From assembly GCA_963838915.1 (NCBI GenBank), contig CAWIUZ010000300.1, positions 3,283 through 67,282 of the forward strand: DNA of 64,000 nt, given 5' to 3'. How positions within the stretch are numbered: position 1 is the first letter of the stretch; the number at the start of each line of letters is the position of its first letter. Position numbers and translations under genes: made by a program. Below, piece after piece: positions 36,241-44,980 of the stretch. The notes beneath the pieces are model-generated. The model made no database searches. It saw only the letters and a list, made by a program, of their open reading frames with translations, and was not told the DNA's origin. The stretch comes from an uncultured Acidobacteriota bacterium (lineage in GTDB: Bacteria; Acidobacteriota; Terriglobia; UBA7540).

Positions 36241-36756
36241 CCGTCATCATCGATACCAACGTCGGAGTCGTGGCCAACGGGCGCGGCCATGGCCCCCCAA
36301 GCGTCCCAGGATTGCGTCATTTCATGCGTGCGGCAACTAGAAGGGATCAAGGCCACAGGCAGAATTGTCTTGGATGACGGCTATCTGATACTTTCGGAAT
36401 ATCGAGCCCGATTACGCTCTGAAGGGGAACCGGGCGAAGGCGATGCTTTTCTGAAATGGGTATTGACCAATCAGGCGAATCCCCAAAGATGTGACCAGGT
36501 ACATATCAACCCCACTGAGGACGGAAGCAACTTTGCTGAGTTCCCTAATGACCCTGCTTTGACGGGCTTTGACCGGTCAGATCGCGTGTTCGTTGCAGTT
36601 GCACGCGCGCACCCGGACTCTCCTCCAATTCTAAATGCCGTGGACACCAACTGGTGGTTATTTCGGGCCGCACTCGAGCGGAACGGGGTGCATGTTGAGT
36701 TCTTGTGCCCACGGGATGTCGAGGGCTTTGCACGAACTCGCCACCTGAACAAGTAG
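36240..36756 (+). pseudogene. PIN-like nuclease domain protein, read across two frames
   Basis: Frame A (36240-36299) gives 'AVIIDTNVGVVANGRGHGP'. Frame B (ORF 36289..36756) gives 'QASQDCVISC..IVLDDGYLILSEY...FDRSDRVFVAVARAH...NAVDTNWWLF'. Together these supply the four acidic PIN positions. The frames meet at the C6 run 36293-36298. Frame A has no ATG/GTG/TTG after its stop at 36183. Confidence 0.6.
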
Positions 36757-37095
36757 CGGGTCGCCAACACGGTCACAGGTACACTTTTCTCGCTCAATTC
36801 TCTTTGACGCCGGTTTTCCTCTGCAAAATGGCCGAGTCCGCGCCGGACTCCGAAACTCGCGGTTCGGGTGCCAAAGTCTCCCAGTACGCGGAATTCCCTT
36901 GGCAAGCTACCCCTGAGAGTCTAGGCTGGAATCTGACGCCCGGCGGGCTCAGTGGACCGCATCGCCGGACTCGCCCGACCTTCGGCCCAGAGACGGCTTG
37001 GCGTGGCACCCCGCTTGAGGCGGGCGGTTGCGAGCCAAGAAGGTCTTGAACCCGTCACGGTGGCCCCCAATGAATTAATTCGACGAACGAACCGG

Positions 37096-37448
37096 GAATG
37101 TCTATGAAAACAAAGGATCGAGACGGCGTGACATGTAGGGGCCGGTTCGCGAACCGCCCCTAGGCCGGCCAGGAACGAAAAACGGTGGCGCCGACAAGAT
37201 CAGCCGCGCAGAATCGAGGGAACAAAGCGAGAATGTCTATGAAAACAAAGGGTCGGCCAAGAATCCAACCACCCCTGACCCCTCCTTATCCAAGGAGGGG
37301 AATCGCGAACTCCCCTCCTCGGGCGAGGTGGGGTTGGGGGTGGTGCGACTTTGCGTCCTCCGCGTTCTTTGCGCCGTCGCGCGAAACCGGTTGCAGGCAT
37401 TGAAAACGGTGGAACAAAGCGAGAATGTCTATGAAAACAAAGGGTCGG
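37096..37448. repeat. Dispersed direct repeats (3 copies of a 21-38 nt unit) in a non-coding block
   Basis: 'ggaacaaagcgagaatgtctatgaaaacaaagggtcgg' is identical at 37219-37256 and 37411-37448. A partial copy 'gaatgtctatgaaaacaaagg' sits at 37096-37116. GC-rich hairpins lie between the copies (37139-37165, 37280-37302). Confidence 0.8.
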
Positions 37449-37626
37449 GGAGTTGAGAAGTCAACGTGACTTGCCCGCGGCTTTCGTTGCGCCCCTCTTC
37501 CGCCGCAGACGCTATGTCTGTAGTATAATGGCAGATTAATTTCGCTGCGCCGGGATTTTATGCAGCACGCGCTCGGGTTCGTGCCCGATGGCCGCTGACC
37601 GGGCCGCAGAACAACAAGACCAAGCA

Positions 37627-39447
37627 ATGAAGCTTTCTCGTCGTCAAATCCTCGGTTCTTCGAGCGTCCTGTTGGGCTCCAAGCTCCTCGAAGTTCTTAC
37701 AACTCCTCTCTGGCGCTGGACACGCACGCCCACGCTCGAAGCGGCCACAGTTCCCCACCCGCAGGAAGCCTCGCCCGTGACTTTTGTGGACGTAGCGGAG
37801 GAGGCGGGCCTGAACGTGCCCAACGTCTGGGGCGGAGTGGCGAGTAAGAAGTACATCGTCGAAGCCAAGGGGAGTGGCGTAGCCTTTTTCGATTACGACA
37901 ACGACGGATGGCTGGATATCTACTTGACGAACGGCGTGCGGTTTGAAGAATTGCCGTACCCACCCGGCAAGGGTCCCATTCAACACCTGTTCAAGAACAA
38001 TCGCGACGGAACCTTCGCCGACGTCACAGAGAAGGCTGGGCTGGGCGTAACGGGATGGGGGACCGGGGTTTGCGTCGGCGATTACGACAACGACGGATGG
38101 GACGATCTGTTCAGTTGCTTCTGGGGCCACAACATTCTCTGGCACAACAACGGGGACGGGACTTTTACGGATGTGACAAAGAAGGCGGGGCTCTGGGAAG
38201 AGCGCGTGCGCTGGGGTTCAGGATGCACCTGGGTCGATTACGATCGGGACGGATTCCTCGACCTGTTTGTCTGCAACTACATTGAGCTGGATATCAAAAC
38301 CGTGCCGGTGCCCGGCGCGACCGGTTATTGCCAGTGGAAAGGCGTCCCCGTGATGTGCGGGCCGCGCGGCCTGCCGGGCGGCACGAACATCCTCTACCAC
38401 AACAACAAGGATGGCACCTTCAGCGATGTTTCGGATAAAGCGGGCATTCTGAAGCCGGGTCAACGGTATTCCATCACCTCCGTCGCATATGATTTTGATA
38501 ACGATGGCTGGCCGGACATCTACGTGGCAGTTGATTCTGAACCCAGCATCTTGTTTCATAATAATCACGATGGAACGTTTACGGATATCTCGGTCATGGC
38601 CGGCTGCGCCTATAACGAGGATGGGCAGGAACAGGCCGGGATGGGCGTCGGTGTCGGAGACTACGATTGCGACGGCTGGCTGGATATCTTCAAGACCAAT
38701 TTCACGGACGATACACCGGACCTTTATCACAACAATGGCGACGGCACTTTTACCGATGTCACCTTCGTCGCCGGCCTGGGCGTGAACACCCAGTACGTCT
38801 GCTGGGGCGCGGGGTTCATGGATTACGACAACGACGGTTGGACGGATATTTTTCACGTTACAGGACATGTTTATCCCGAGATCGAGAAATACCATCTCGA
38901 TGCAACCTTCAAGTCGCCGCGCCTGGTCTACAAGAATCTTGGCAACGGCAAGTTTAAAGATGTGTCGAAACAGATGGGCCCGGGGGTCACGGAACAATTC
39001 TCCAGCCGCGGCTGCGCCTTCGGGGATTACGACAACGATGGTGACATCGATGTCCTGGTCCTCAATATGAACGATCGTTTTTCCCTCCTCCGCAATGACG
39101 GAGGAAACAAGAACAATTGGATCAAACTCAAGTTAATTGGCACGCAGTGCAACCGGACCGCGGTTGGCGCGCGGGCCTTTGTGCGAACCGGAAAACACAC
39201 GCAGATCGACGAGGTCCACTGCGGAACTTCCGTAATGTCCCAGAGCGATTTGCGCTTGCATTTCGGCGTTGGCGACACGAAAGTGATCGATGAAATAGCG
39301 ATCAAATGGCCTACGACTCAGAAGACCGAGAAGTTCACCAAAGTAGAAGCCAATCAGATTCTCACCATTAAAGAAGGCTCCGGAATTATAAAAGCCGAAA
39401 AGCTGGACAAGCAGGAAAAGCCGTGGAAACTCGTGAGCATGAAGTAA
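37627..39447 (+). CDS. CRTAC1-family protein (FG-GAP/VCBS repeats + ASPIC/UnbV domain), Tat-like signal
   Basis: 'MKLSRRQILGSS', repeated 'DYDNDGW(L/P/T)DI' FG-GAP motifs, and a C-terminal 'NNWIKLKLIGTQCNRTAVGARAFV...HCGTSVMSQSDLRLHFGVG' UnbV/ASPIC signature. Confidence 0.9.
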   Translation: MKLSRRQILGSSSVLLGSKLLEVLTTPLWRWTRTPTLEAATVPHPQEASPVTFVDVAEEAGLNVPNVWGGVASKKYIVEAKGSGVAFFDYDNDGWLDIYLTNGVRFEELPYPPGKGPIQHLFKNNRDGTFADVTEKAGLGVTGWGTGVCVGDYDNDGWDDLFSCFWGHNILWHNNGDGTFTDVTKKAGLWEERVRWGSGCTWVDYDRDGFLDLFVCNYIELDIKTVPVPGATGYCQWKGVPVMCGPRGLPGGTNILYHNNKDGTFSDVSDKAGILKPGQRYSITSVAYDFDNDGWPDIYVAVDSEPSILFHNNHDGTFTDISVMAGCAYNEDGQEQAGMGVGVGDYDCDGWLDIFKTNFTDDTPDLYHNNGDGTFTDVTFVAGLGVNTQYVCWGAGFMDYDNDGWTDIFHVTGHVYPEIEKYHLDATFKSPRLVYKNLGNGKFKDVSKQMGPGVTEQFSSRGCAFGDYDNDGDIDVLVLNMNDRFSLLRNDGGNKNNWIKLKLIGTQCNRTAVGARAFVRTGKHTQIDEVHCGTSVMSQSDLRLHFGVGDTKVIDEIAIKWPTTQKTEKFTKVEANQILTIKEGSGIIKAEKLDKQEKPWKLVSMK

Positions 39448-39561
39448 CGCGGGCGCCGCAATTTAACGGGATGGTGGAATACCCATCGACCTGTCATCCT
39501 GAGGAGTCCGTCAGCCGACGGGCGACGAAGGATCTCGATAGTTCGTTCAAAATTCAAAAGC

Positions 39562-39590
39562 CGAGATTCTTCGCTCCGCTCAGAATGACA
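39562..39590. repeat. REP-like family B unit (reverse orientation)
   Basis: 'cgagattcttcgctccgctcagaatgaca'. Confidence 0.8.
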
Positions 39591-39634
39591 GGACGCAAGG
39601 TTTTTCACCGCCCTGAAGCACGAGGGACAGCAGA

Positions 39635-40318
39635 ATGAAGCGATATGGCGAGCATCGTTTCCCGGGAAAGCTCTTTGTGGTTGAGGGCATCGACGGTTCG
39701 GGCAAGTCCACCCAGTTGATGTTGTTGCACGAGTGGCTGCAAGCAGAAGGCTATGGGGTCATCTTCAGCGAATGGAATTCCTCGCCGCTCGTCCGCGACA
39801 CCACGCGGCGGGGAAAGAAGAAGCAGATGCTCACCCCCGCCACGTTTTCCTTACTTCACGCTACGGATTTTGCGGACCGGATAGAGCACAACATTATCCC
39901 TCTGCTCAAAGCGGGGGCGGTGGTGCTCTGCGACCGGTATATTTACACGGCCTTCGCCCGCGACGTGGTGCGCGGCATGGATCGCAAATGGGTTCGGGAG
40001 CTCTACAGCTTCGCCGTCAAGCCCACGGCGGCTTTCTATTTCCGCGTCCCCCTCGAGGTTGCCATGAAGCGCATCCTGGTGGGGCGCAGCGGCGTGAAGT
40101 TCTATGAGGCGGGGATGGACATGGGGTTACACGAAGACCCGGAGCAGAGCTTCCAGATGTTTCAAGGAAAGATCCTTGAAGAGTACGAAGGCATGATTGC
40201 GGAATTCGACCTCACGAGCGTAGACGCGACGCTTCCTATTGAAGAACAACAGGTCCAGATGCGTCAGATTGTTAAGGCCAAGCTGGCGCAGGCCAAACGA
40301 CTGAGGGTGGCCCCATGA
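39635..40318 (+). CDS. Thymidylate-kinase-like P-loop kinase (paralog 1, intact Walker A)
   Basis: 'LFVVEGIDGSGKSTQ' P-loop and 'VLCDRYIYTAFA' DRY-type motif. It diverges from canonical Tmk after the DRY motif. Confidence 0.8.
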   Translation: MKRYGEHRFPGKLFVVEGIDGSGKSTQLMLLHEWLQAEGYGVIFSEWNSSPLVRDTTRRGKKKQMLTPATFSLLHATDFADRIEHNIIPLLKAGAVVLCDRYIYTAFARDVVRGMDRKWVRELYSFAVKPTAAFYFRVPLEVAMKRILVGRSGVKFYEAGMDMGLHEDPEQSFQMFQGKILEEYEGMIAEFDLTSVDATLPIEEQQVQMRQIVKAKLAQAKRLRVAP

Positions 40319-41133
40319 GAGAAACCTATTCGGTGACATTGCCCAAAATGGGCCTGGCGGAACTCACAGGCCGGTTAATTGTGATTGAGGGCACCGACGG
40401 CGTCGGCCGCTCCACTCAGATCAAGCTGCTAAGGCCGTGGCTGGAGCAGCAGGGCCACGCGGTGCTGGATACCGGCATCAAGCGGTCGCAGTTGGCGTCG
40501 AGGGGAATCCAACAAGCCAAAGAGGGGCACACTCTGGGGCGCATTACCTTGAGCCTCTTTTACGCCACGGATTTCGCCGACCGGCTCGAGCACGAGATTA
40601 TTCCCGCCCTGCGCGCGGGATTTGTGGTCCTCACCGACCGATACATCTACTCGCTGATGGCTCGAGCGATTGTGCGCGGCCTCGACCCGGCATGGATCCA
40701 TAACGTGCACAGCTTCGCGCTGAAACCCGACGCCACGTTCTATTTACGCATCGGCGTCGACGACCTGATTCCTCGCGTGGTCTTTTCCACGGGATTTGAC
40801 TATTGGGAATCCGGCATGGATCTCTATCCCAGCGAGGACATGTACGAGAGTTTCCGCAGGTACCAGACGGCTCTGCTGGCGCAATTTGACGCCATGGCGC
40901 AGGAATACGACTTCACCGTGATTGACGCTTCGCCGGGTATCCAAACGGTTTTTGAGCGGCTACGGGCGGGTATTTCACGCGTTCTTAAGGGTGAACCGCG
41001 CGAACCGCTCTTCGAAGTGCCTGCCGCGGCGCCGGCAGTCGCGAGTCCCGCCCCCAGTGAAGCGGCAGGTGCTGGAAAGGCGAAACGAGCTGGAGCAGAA
41101 AAGCAGACAGGTGACCTGCGAGAATCCGCTTGA
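40315..41133 (+). CDS. Thymidylate-kinase-like protein (paralog 2, Walker A Lys replaced by Arg)
   Basis: There is a 4-nt ATGA overlap with paralog 1. It reads 'LIVIEGTDGVGRSTQ' (GxxGxGR instead of GK) and 'VLTDRYIYSLMA'. The C-terminal tail is Ala/Pro-rich. Confidence 0.75.
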   Translation: MRETYSVTLPKMGLAELTGRLIVIEGTDGVGRSTQIKLLRPWLEQQGHAVLDTGIKRSQLASRGIQQAKEGHTLGRITLSLFYATDFADRLEHEIIPALRAGFVVLTDRYIYSLMARAIVRGLDPAWIHNVHSFALKPDATFYLRIGVDDLIPRVVFSTGFDYWESGMDLYPSEDMYESFRRYQTALLAQFDAMAQEYDFTVIDASPGIQTVFERLRAGISRVLKGEPREPLFEVPAAAPAVASPAPSEAAGAGKAKRAGAEKQTGDLRESA

Positions 41134-41152
41134 AGACTCCAATTTAAACATT

Positions 41153-42190
41153 TCAAACCTTGGCCAAGGCGGGCGCTGCCTGGAGACCCTGCATCCAAGC
41201 TTTGATCTCCAAATGGCTGGGAGGATTAAGCGTCATCCGAAAGTATTTATCCCGATATCCCTGCTTGGTGGCGCGATTGCGCAAAATCAGTTTGCCGGTA
41301 ACTAAAGCGAGCGGCAAATGATCGCGCAAAAACTGCGGCCTGGCCATCATCTCGACAATCATGTCTTCCAGAACTTCCATATCGTGCCAATCGCCGAGAT
41401 GCTGTTGGATTCTCCGCAGCCAGGCGAGCGCCTGTGAGCTGCCCGGCATCCCGAACTGGCTCACCACCTCGAGCAGGTAACGGAGTCGTTTTGCGCTAAT
41501 GCGCGCGGCATGAATGGAGGTCGCGCGGGGATCACTCTGGGAGACGGCAACCTGCTTCTCGAATTCGTTCCAGACCCGCACCAGCGCCTGGGCCAAACGT
41601 ACCGGGAAGGGCTCAAGAACCACACCATTTGTGTGAGCCCGAGGCAGTGCGATGTGCCCCTGGTCAGCTTTGGGCCCGAGGCGATCCAGAATCGCTTTGG
41701 TGCGCATGTAAAAAACAGCTAAGTTCAACTTGCTGAGCTTCCGAATGGCCCTTGCGAAACTCTCGTTGCGGCGCTCTTGGATATACTGTTCGACGGCCGT
41801 CCAGGCTTCCCGGTTTGAGTTGCGACGCCTTGCCAGCCGCCGCTCCGCGTGCTCGAGCAGCACGTCGCAATTCCGTACGTCTCCGAGAGTCCTCCGGCAT
41901 CGCCGGATCTTGCGCCGCAATCGGCGCGCCTCACGCGGCAGTGGAGCGGGGAAAATCAGGTCGAGTATTTGCTGCAGGCGCCGGCTTGCTACACGCATGT
42001 CGTGAATCGCGTCCGGGTCATCGCCTTTCAACACCTTCGCCTCCAGGGAAATGAAGCGGTTGAGGTGCCGCAGCGCCAGCTTCCTGACTTTATTCCATTC
42101 ATCTGCCGGCGGAACTGTCTCGCCGCTAATGGCCGTCCCGTGGACCTGCTGGATATGATTGCGAGAAATATGGGCTTGGGTCTCGTTCAT
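41153..42190 (-). CDS. CHAD-domain protein
   Basis: 345 aa. 'DAIHDMRVASRRLQQILDL' and 'IHAARISAKRLRYLLEV' are the repeated CHAD helical motifs. Confidence 0.85.
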   Translation of the reverse strand: MNETQAHISRNHIQQVHGTAISGETVPPADEWNKVRKLALRHLNRFISLEAKVLKGDDPDAIHDMRVASRRLQQILDLIFPAPLPREARRLRRKIRRCRRTLGDVRNCDVLLEHAERRLARRRNSNREAWTAVEQYIQERRNESFARAIRKLSKLNLAVFYMRTKAILDRLGPKADQGHIALPRAHTNGVVLEPFPVRLAQALVRVWNEFEKQVAVSQSDPRATSIHAARISAKRLRYLLEVVSQFGMPGSSQALAWLRRIQQHLGDWHDMEVLEDMIVEMMARPQFLRDHLPLALVTGKLILRNRATKQGYRDKYFRMTLNPPSHLEIKAWMQGLQAAPALAKV

Positions 42191-42535
42191 AGAAATGGGC
42201 CGAAAGGGGTTGAAGGCCGAGGGATTCTGACCCCTCGTCCCGCTCTTTAAGCCGCCCCCCTTTGTGCTGAATTAAAGCCAAGCCTGTCGGCTTCTAACTG
42301 ATAGTCTAAACTGAGTGCAGCCAACTTACAAGAAGTGTGGTGGACATCCCTGAACACCCTGGCGGTGTAGGGGCAGGGCTCGCCGTACCCACTTGCCCTA
42401 CCCATCTGCCGCCTGTCCGGCGAAAGGGGACGGCAAGCCGTCCCCCTCCGCGGGGCGGTTACCGACGGATTGGGGTGGCCGCACAAAACTCTTGCCAGCC
42501 GAGCGCGCTACATGTTAATTGAATAGGTTGCGAGC

Positions 42536-43915
42536 ATGAAGCCCGCAGCATACAGCATGAGCCGACCCAGAATCCAGTTCGTGAGCCACGAAACCGCTCC
42601 GCGAGGGGCACGCAGGACCGCCCGGCTGGCCGTAATTGGGCTCGGCACGGTTGGAACGGGCACGGTCAAGGTTTTGGTCGAGCACCAAAGTGAAGTCCAG
42701 CGGCGGCTCGGCTGCAAGCTGGAACTGAAGACCATCTGCTCGCTCGGTATTCGTCAGAAAGACGTGGCCTGGCTGGGCGGGCAAGTAAAGACCACGGTGG
42801 ACTGGCATGATGTCGTGCGCGATCCTGAAATTGACATCGTGGTGGAAATGGTTGGAGTTCTCCCCGCAGCCCGCGCCATCGCCTTTGCGGCCGTCGACGC
42901 CGGCAAGCACCTGGTGACCGCAAACAAACAACTCATTGCGGAATACGGCGTGGAACTTGCCGAGCGCGCCCGCGCTGCGGGTGTGATCCTGGGCATCGAA
43001 GCGTGCGTGGCGGGTGGCACGCCCATCCTGCACGCCATCCGCGAGGGGCTGGCAGGCGAGCAGTTTGTGGGGGTGTACGGCATTCTGAACGGCACCACGA
43101 ATTACATCCTCACGGAAATGGAGGGCCGCGGCTGTAGCTTCGCCGAAGCGCTGGCCGAAGCGCAGCAAAAAGGCTATGCCGAGCCCGACCCCACATTCGA
43201 TGTCCAAGGCTACGACGCGCGCTACAAAATCGCCATCCTCGCCATGCTCTGTTTTGGCCAGGCCGTGCGGGTGGAAGAGATTCCCGCAGAAGGGATCACC
43301 GCCGTCGAGCAGGTGGATTTTGCCTACGCCCGGCGCTTGCGCCGCACCATTCGCTTGATCGCCTCCGCGCGCCGCCGCTCCCGAGACCGCCTGGAGATTT
43401 TCGTGCGGCCCATGATGATCCCCGCCAGCAGCCAACTGGCCAACGTGCTGGGCTCGCTCAATGGCGTCCTTCTGATCGGGAACAAAGGAGGAAACACCAC
43501 CCTCACAGGGCGCGGGGCAGGCGGTGAACCCACCGGAGTGGCGGTGCTCTCCGATGTGGTTCAAATCGCCCGCACCATGACGGCGGGCGGAAAAGGCGCG
43601 ACTCCGCTGGGCTACGAGACATGGCACCCCTCCAGAATCGCTCCGGCTTCCGACAACATCATCTCCGCATACCTCCGCCTCGTGGTGCGCGACCGCCCCG
43701 GCATCCTGGCGCGCGTCTGCGCCCTGCTGGCGCGGCACCGCATCAATATCGACTCCGTGCTGCAAGAGCCTTCCATGCCCAAGAACCAACTGCCGTTTGT
43801 CATGACCCTCGAGCCACGGCGCGAGAAAGATGTCTCGCAAGCCGTCGCCGAAATCGCCCGCCTGCCCTTCATGGCCCGCCCGCCGGTCATGATGCCCTTC
43901 GCAGACCTGCCGTAA
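42536..43915 (+). CDS. hom: Homoserine dehydrogenase with C-terminal ACT domain
   Basis: 'LAVIGLGTVGTGTVKVL', 'VTANKQLIAEYG', 'GILNGTTNYILTEM' and 'AEALAEAQQKGYAEPDPTFDVQGYDA'. The ACT-like region is 'YLRLVVRDRPGILARVCALLARHRINIDSV'. The N-terminal ~30 aa extension leaves the start uncertain. Confidence 0.9.
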   Translation: MKPAAYSMSRPRIQFVSHETAPRGARRTARLAVIGLGTVGTGTVKVLVEHQSEVQRRLGCKLELKTICSLGIRQKDVAWLGGQVKTTVDWHDVVRDPEIDIVVEMVGVLPAARAIAFAAVDAGKHLVTANKQLIAEYGVELAERARAAGVILGIEACVAGGTPILHAIREGLAGEQFVGVYGILNGTTNYILTEMEGRGCSFAEALAEAQQKGYAEPDPTFDVQGYDARYKIAILAMLCFGQAVRVEEIPAEGITAVEQVDFAYARRLRRTIRLIASARRRSRDRLEIFVRPMMIPASSQLANVLGSLNGVLLIGNKGGNTTLTGRGAGGEPTGVAVLSDVVQIARTMTAGGKGATPLGYETWHPSRIAPASDNIISAYLRLVVRDRPGILARVCALLARHRINIDSVLQEPSMPKNQLPFVMTLEPRREKDVSQAVAEIARLPFMARPPVMMPFADLP

Positions 43916-43921
43916 GCACGG

Positions 43922-43950
43922 GAGTCAGAAGTCAGGATTCAGGATTCAGG
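43922..43950. repeat. Heptamer tandem array (4 units, NNNTCAG)
   Basis: 'gagtcag aagtcag gattcag gattcag', starting 7 nt after the hom stop. Confidence 0.75.
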
Positions 43951-44075
43951 AGAAGAGCTTTTCAATAGCAGAGCGACTGTGTCGGCGTAAGAGCGAGCCA
44001 ACCGCAAGCAGTGAGCAACGGGGAATAGTGAATGCTCTCTGTTTGCTGTTTGCGACTTTCTGCTCTGAAATGCGC

Positions 44076-44169
44076 TGTCATTCCGAGCGAAGCGAGGAAT
44101 CTCGCCCTGGTCTTTCTGGGGCCCTATACCCGATGCAGAGCAAGATTCCTCGCTTCGCTCGGAATGACA
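44076..44169. repeat. Inverted pair of REP-like family B units
   Basis: 'tgtcattccgagcgaagcgaggaatctcg' (44076-44104) and its reverse complement 'agattcctcgcttcgctcggaatgaca' (44143-44169). Confidence 0.85.
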
Positions 44170-44212
44170 TTTCATGGTTTCTGGGTGCCCGTCAGCCAAC
44201 GGGCATGGGCGA

Positions 44213-44240
44213 CTGCTTTCTGCTTTCTGTTTTCTGCCTG
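44213..44240. repeat. Heptamer tandem array (4 units, CTGYTTT) abutting the tRNA 3' end
   Basis: 'ctgcttt ctgcttt ctgtttt ctgcctg'. The last unit overlaps the CCA end of tRNA-Lys. Confidence 0.75.
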
Positions 44241-44312
44241 GTGAGCCGGCTGGGACTCGAACCCAGAACCCCTGCCTTAAAAGGGCAGTGCTCCACCATT
44301 GAGCTACCGGCC
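44238..44312 (-). tRNA. tRNA-Lys (anticodon UUU), CCA encoded
   Basis: The reverse complement reads GGGCCGGTAGCTCAATGGTGGAGCACTGCCCTTTTAAGGCAGGGGTTCTGGGTTCGAGTCCCAGCCGGCTCACCA. It has a 7-bp acceptor stem (one G-U), anticodon stem CTGCC/GGCAG with loop CTTTTAA, and a T-arm GGTTCGAGTCC. Confidence 0.9.
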
Positions 44313-44543
44313 CGGCGTTGACGGCGCAAGGTCTCCTTCAGCGAACCTGCCGCTGATGGCCAACCTGCTCAGTCTCCCTCGTCAGTCAATGTGGGAAGAC
44401 ACCAAACGGCGTGGCCTCGCGCTGCTTCTACTACCAACTTACACCACTGAGACCGCAGGCGTAAATACCAATCACAGCAAAGACGGTACGTGCGGCCGGG
44501 AAGATGGCCATCTCCCGAAGAAGTTGTGAAACAATCAACCGCC

Positions 44544-44869
44544 TGTCATCCTGAGCGCAGACTTCATGATCCTTCGGCTCACCACTGTGCATGAAAATGG
44601 CTCTTTGGAGGTAACTCCTGTATTTTCAACAAAAGCTTCCGCCATTTTCATAGCAGCGAAGGATCTCCGCAGTTTCCCGCGATTCACGAACGACGAACAA
44701 CTGCAGCGATCATTCGCTGCCATGAAAGTAGCGAACCCGGCCCCCCTCACCCGACCCGTGCCGGCCGGTGAAAGCGCCGTCGCGAGCCACCCTCTCCCCC
44801 AAGGGGGAGAGGGTATTTTCACGACTAGTGGTGAGCCTAAGGATCATGAAGTCTTCGCTCAGGATGACA
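44544..44869. repeat. Composite MITE-like element: inverted family-B-like ends enclosing internal hairpins and a family A copy
   Basis: The ends are 44544-44572 'tgtcatcctgagcgcagacttcatgatcc' and 44841-44869, its reverse complement. The interior holds 'atgaaaatggc...gccattttcat' and the family A copy 44743-44813. Confidence 0.75.
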
Positions 44870-44980
44870 CGTTCAGAATATCCTCGCACCTTCTTCGTAA
44901 TTGGGCGTCGGTTCAAAAAGGGGGTTGTTGTGATAGACGCGGTCCGGAGCTATACTTTCGCGGCGACGAAAGGAGCATTC

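Noticed and set aside
38218-38997. 259-aa minus-strand ORF inside the CRTAC1-like gene; also 13978..14637, 6128..6799, 20085..20768 and 10389..10970
   Set aside because: All lie antisense to, or out of frame within, well-supported CDS and have no motifs.
42191-42535. Riboswitch or leader upstream of hom, and upstream of metG at 50394-50527
   Set aside because: I could not recognise SAM, T-box or Thr-leader signatures. The region contains copies of dispersed GC-rich hairpins (e.g. 'gggacggcaagccgtcccc', also at 61750), which explain the structure.
42515-43840. 441-aa minus-strand ORF antisense to hom
   Set aside because: It has Arg/Gly/Ala/His-rich composition with no motifs and lies fully antisense to a well-supported homoserine dehydrogenase. 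This is a typical high-GC antisense artefact.
44020-44540. Genomic island or prophage junction at tRNA-Lys
   Set aside because: There is no integrase, no direct repeat of the tRNA 3' end, and no phage-like genes on either side. Only REP-like repeats are present.
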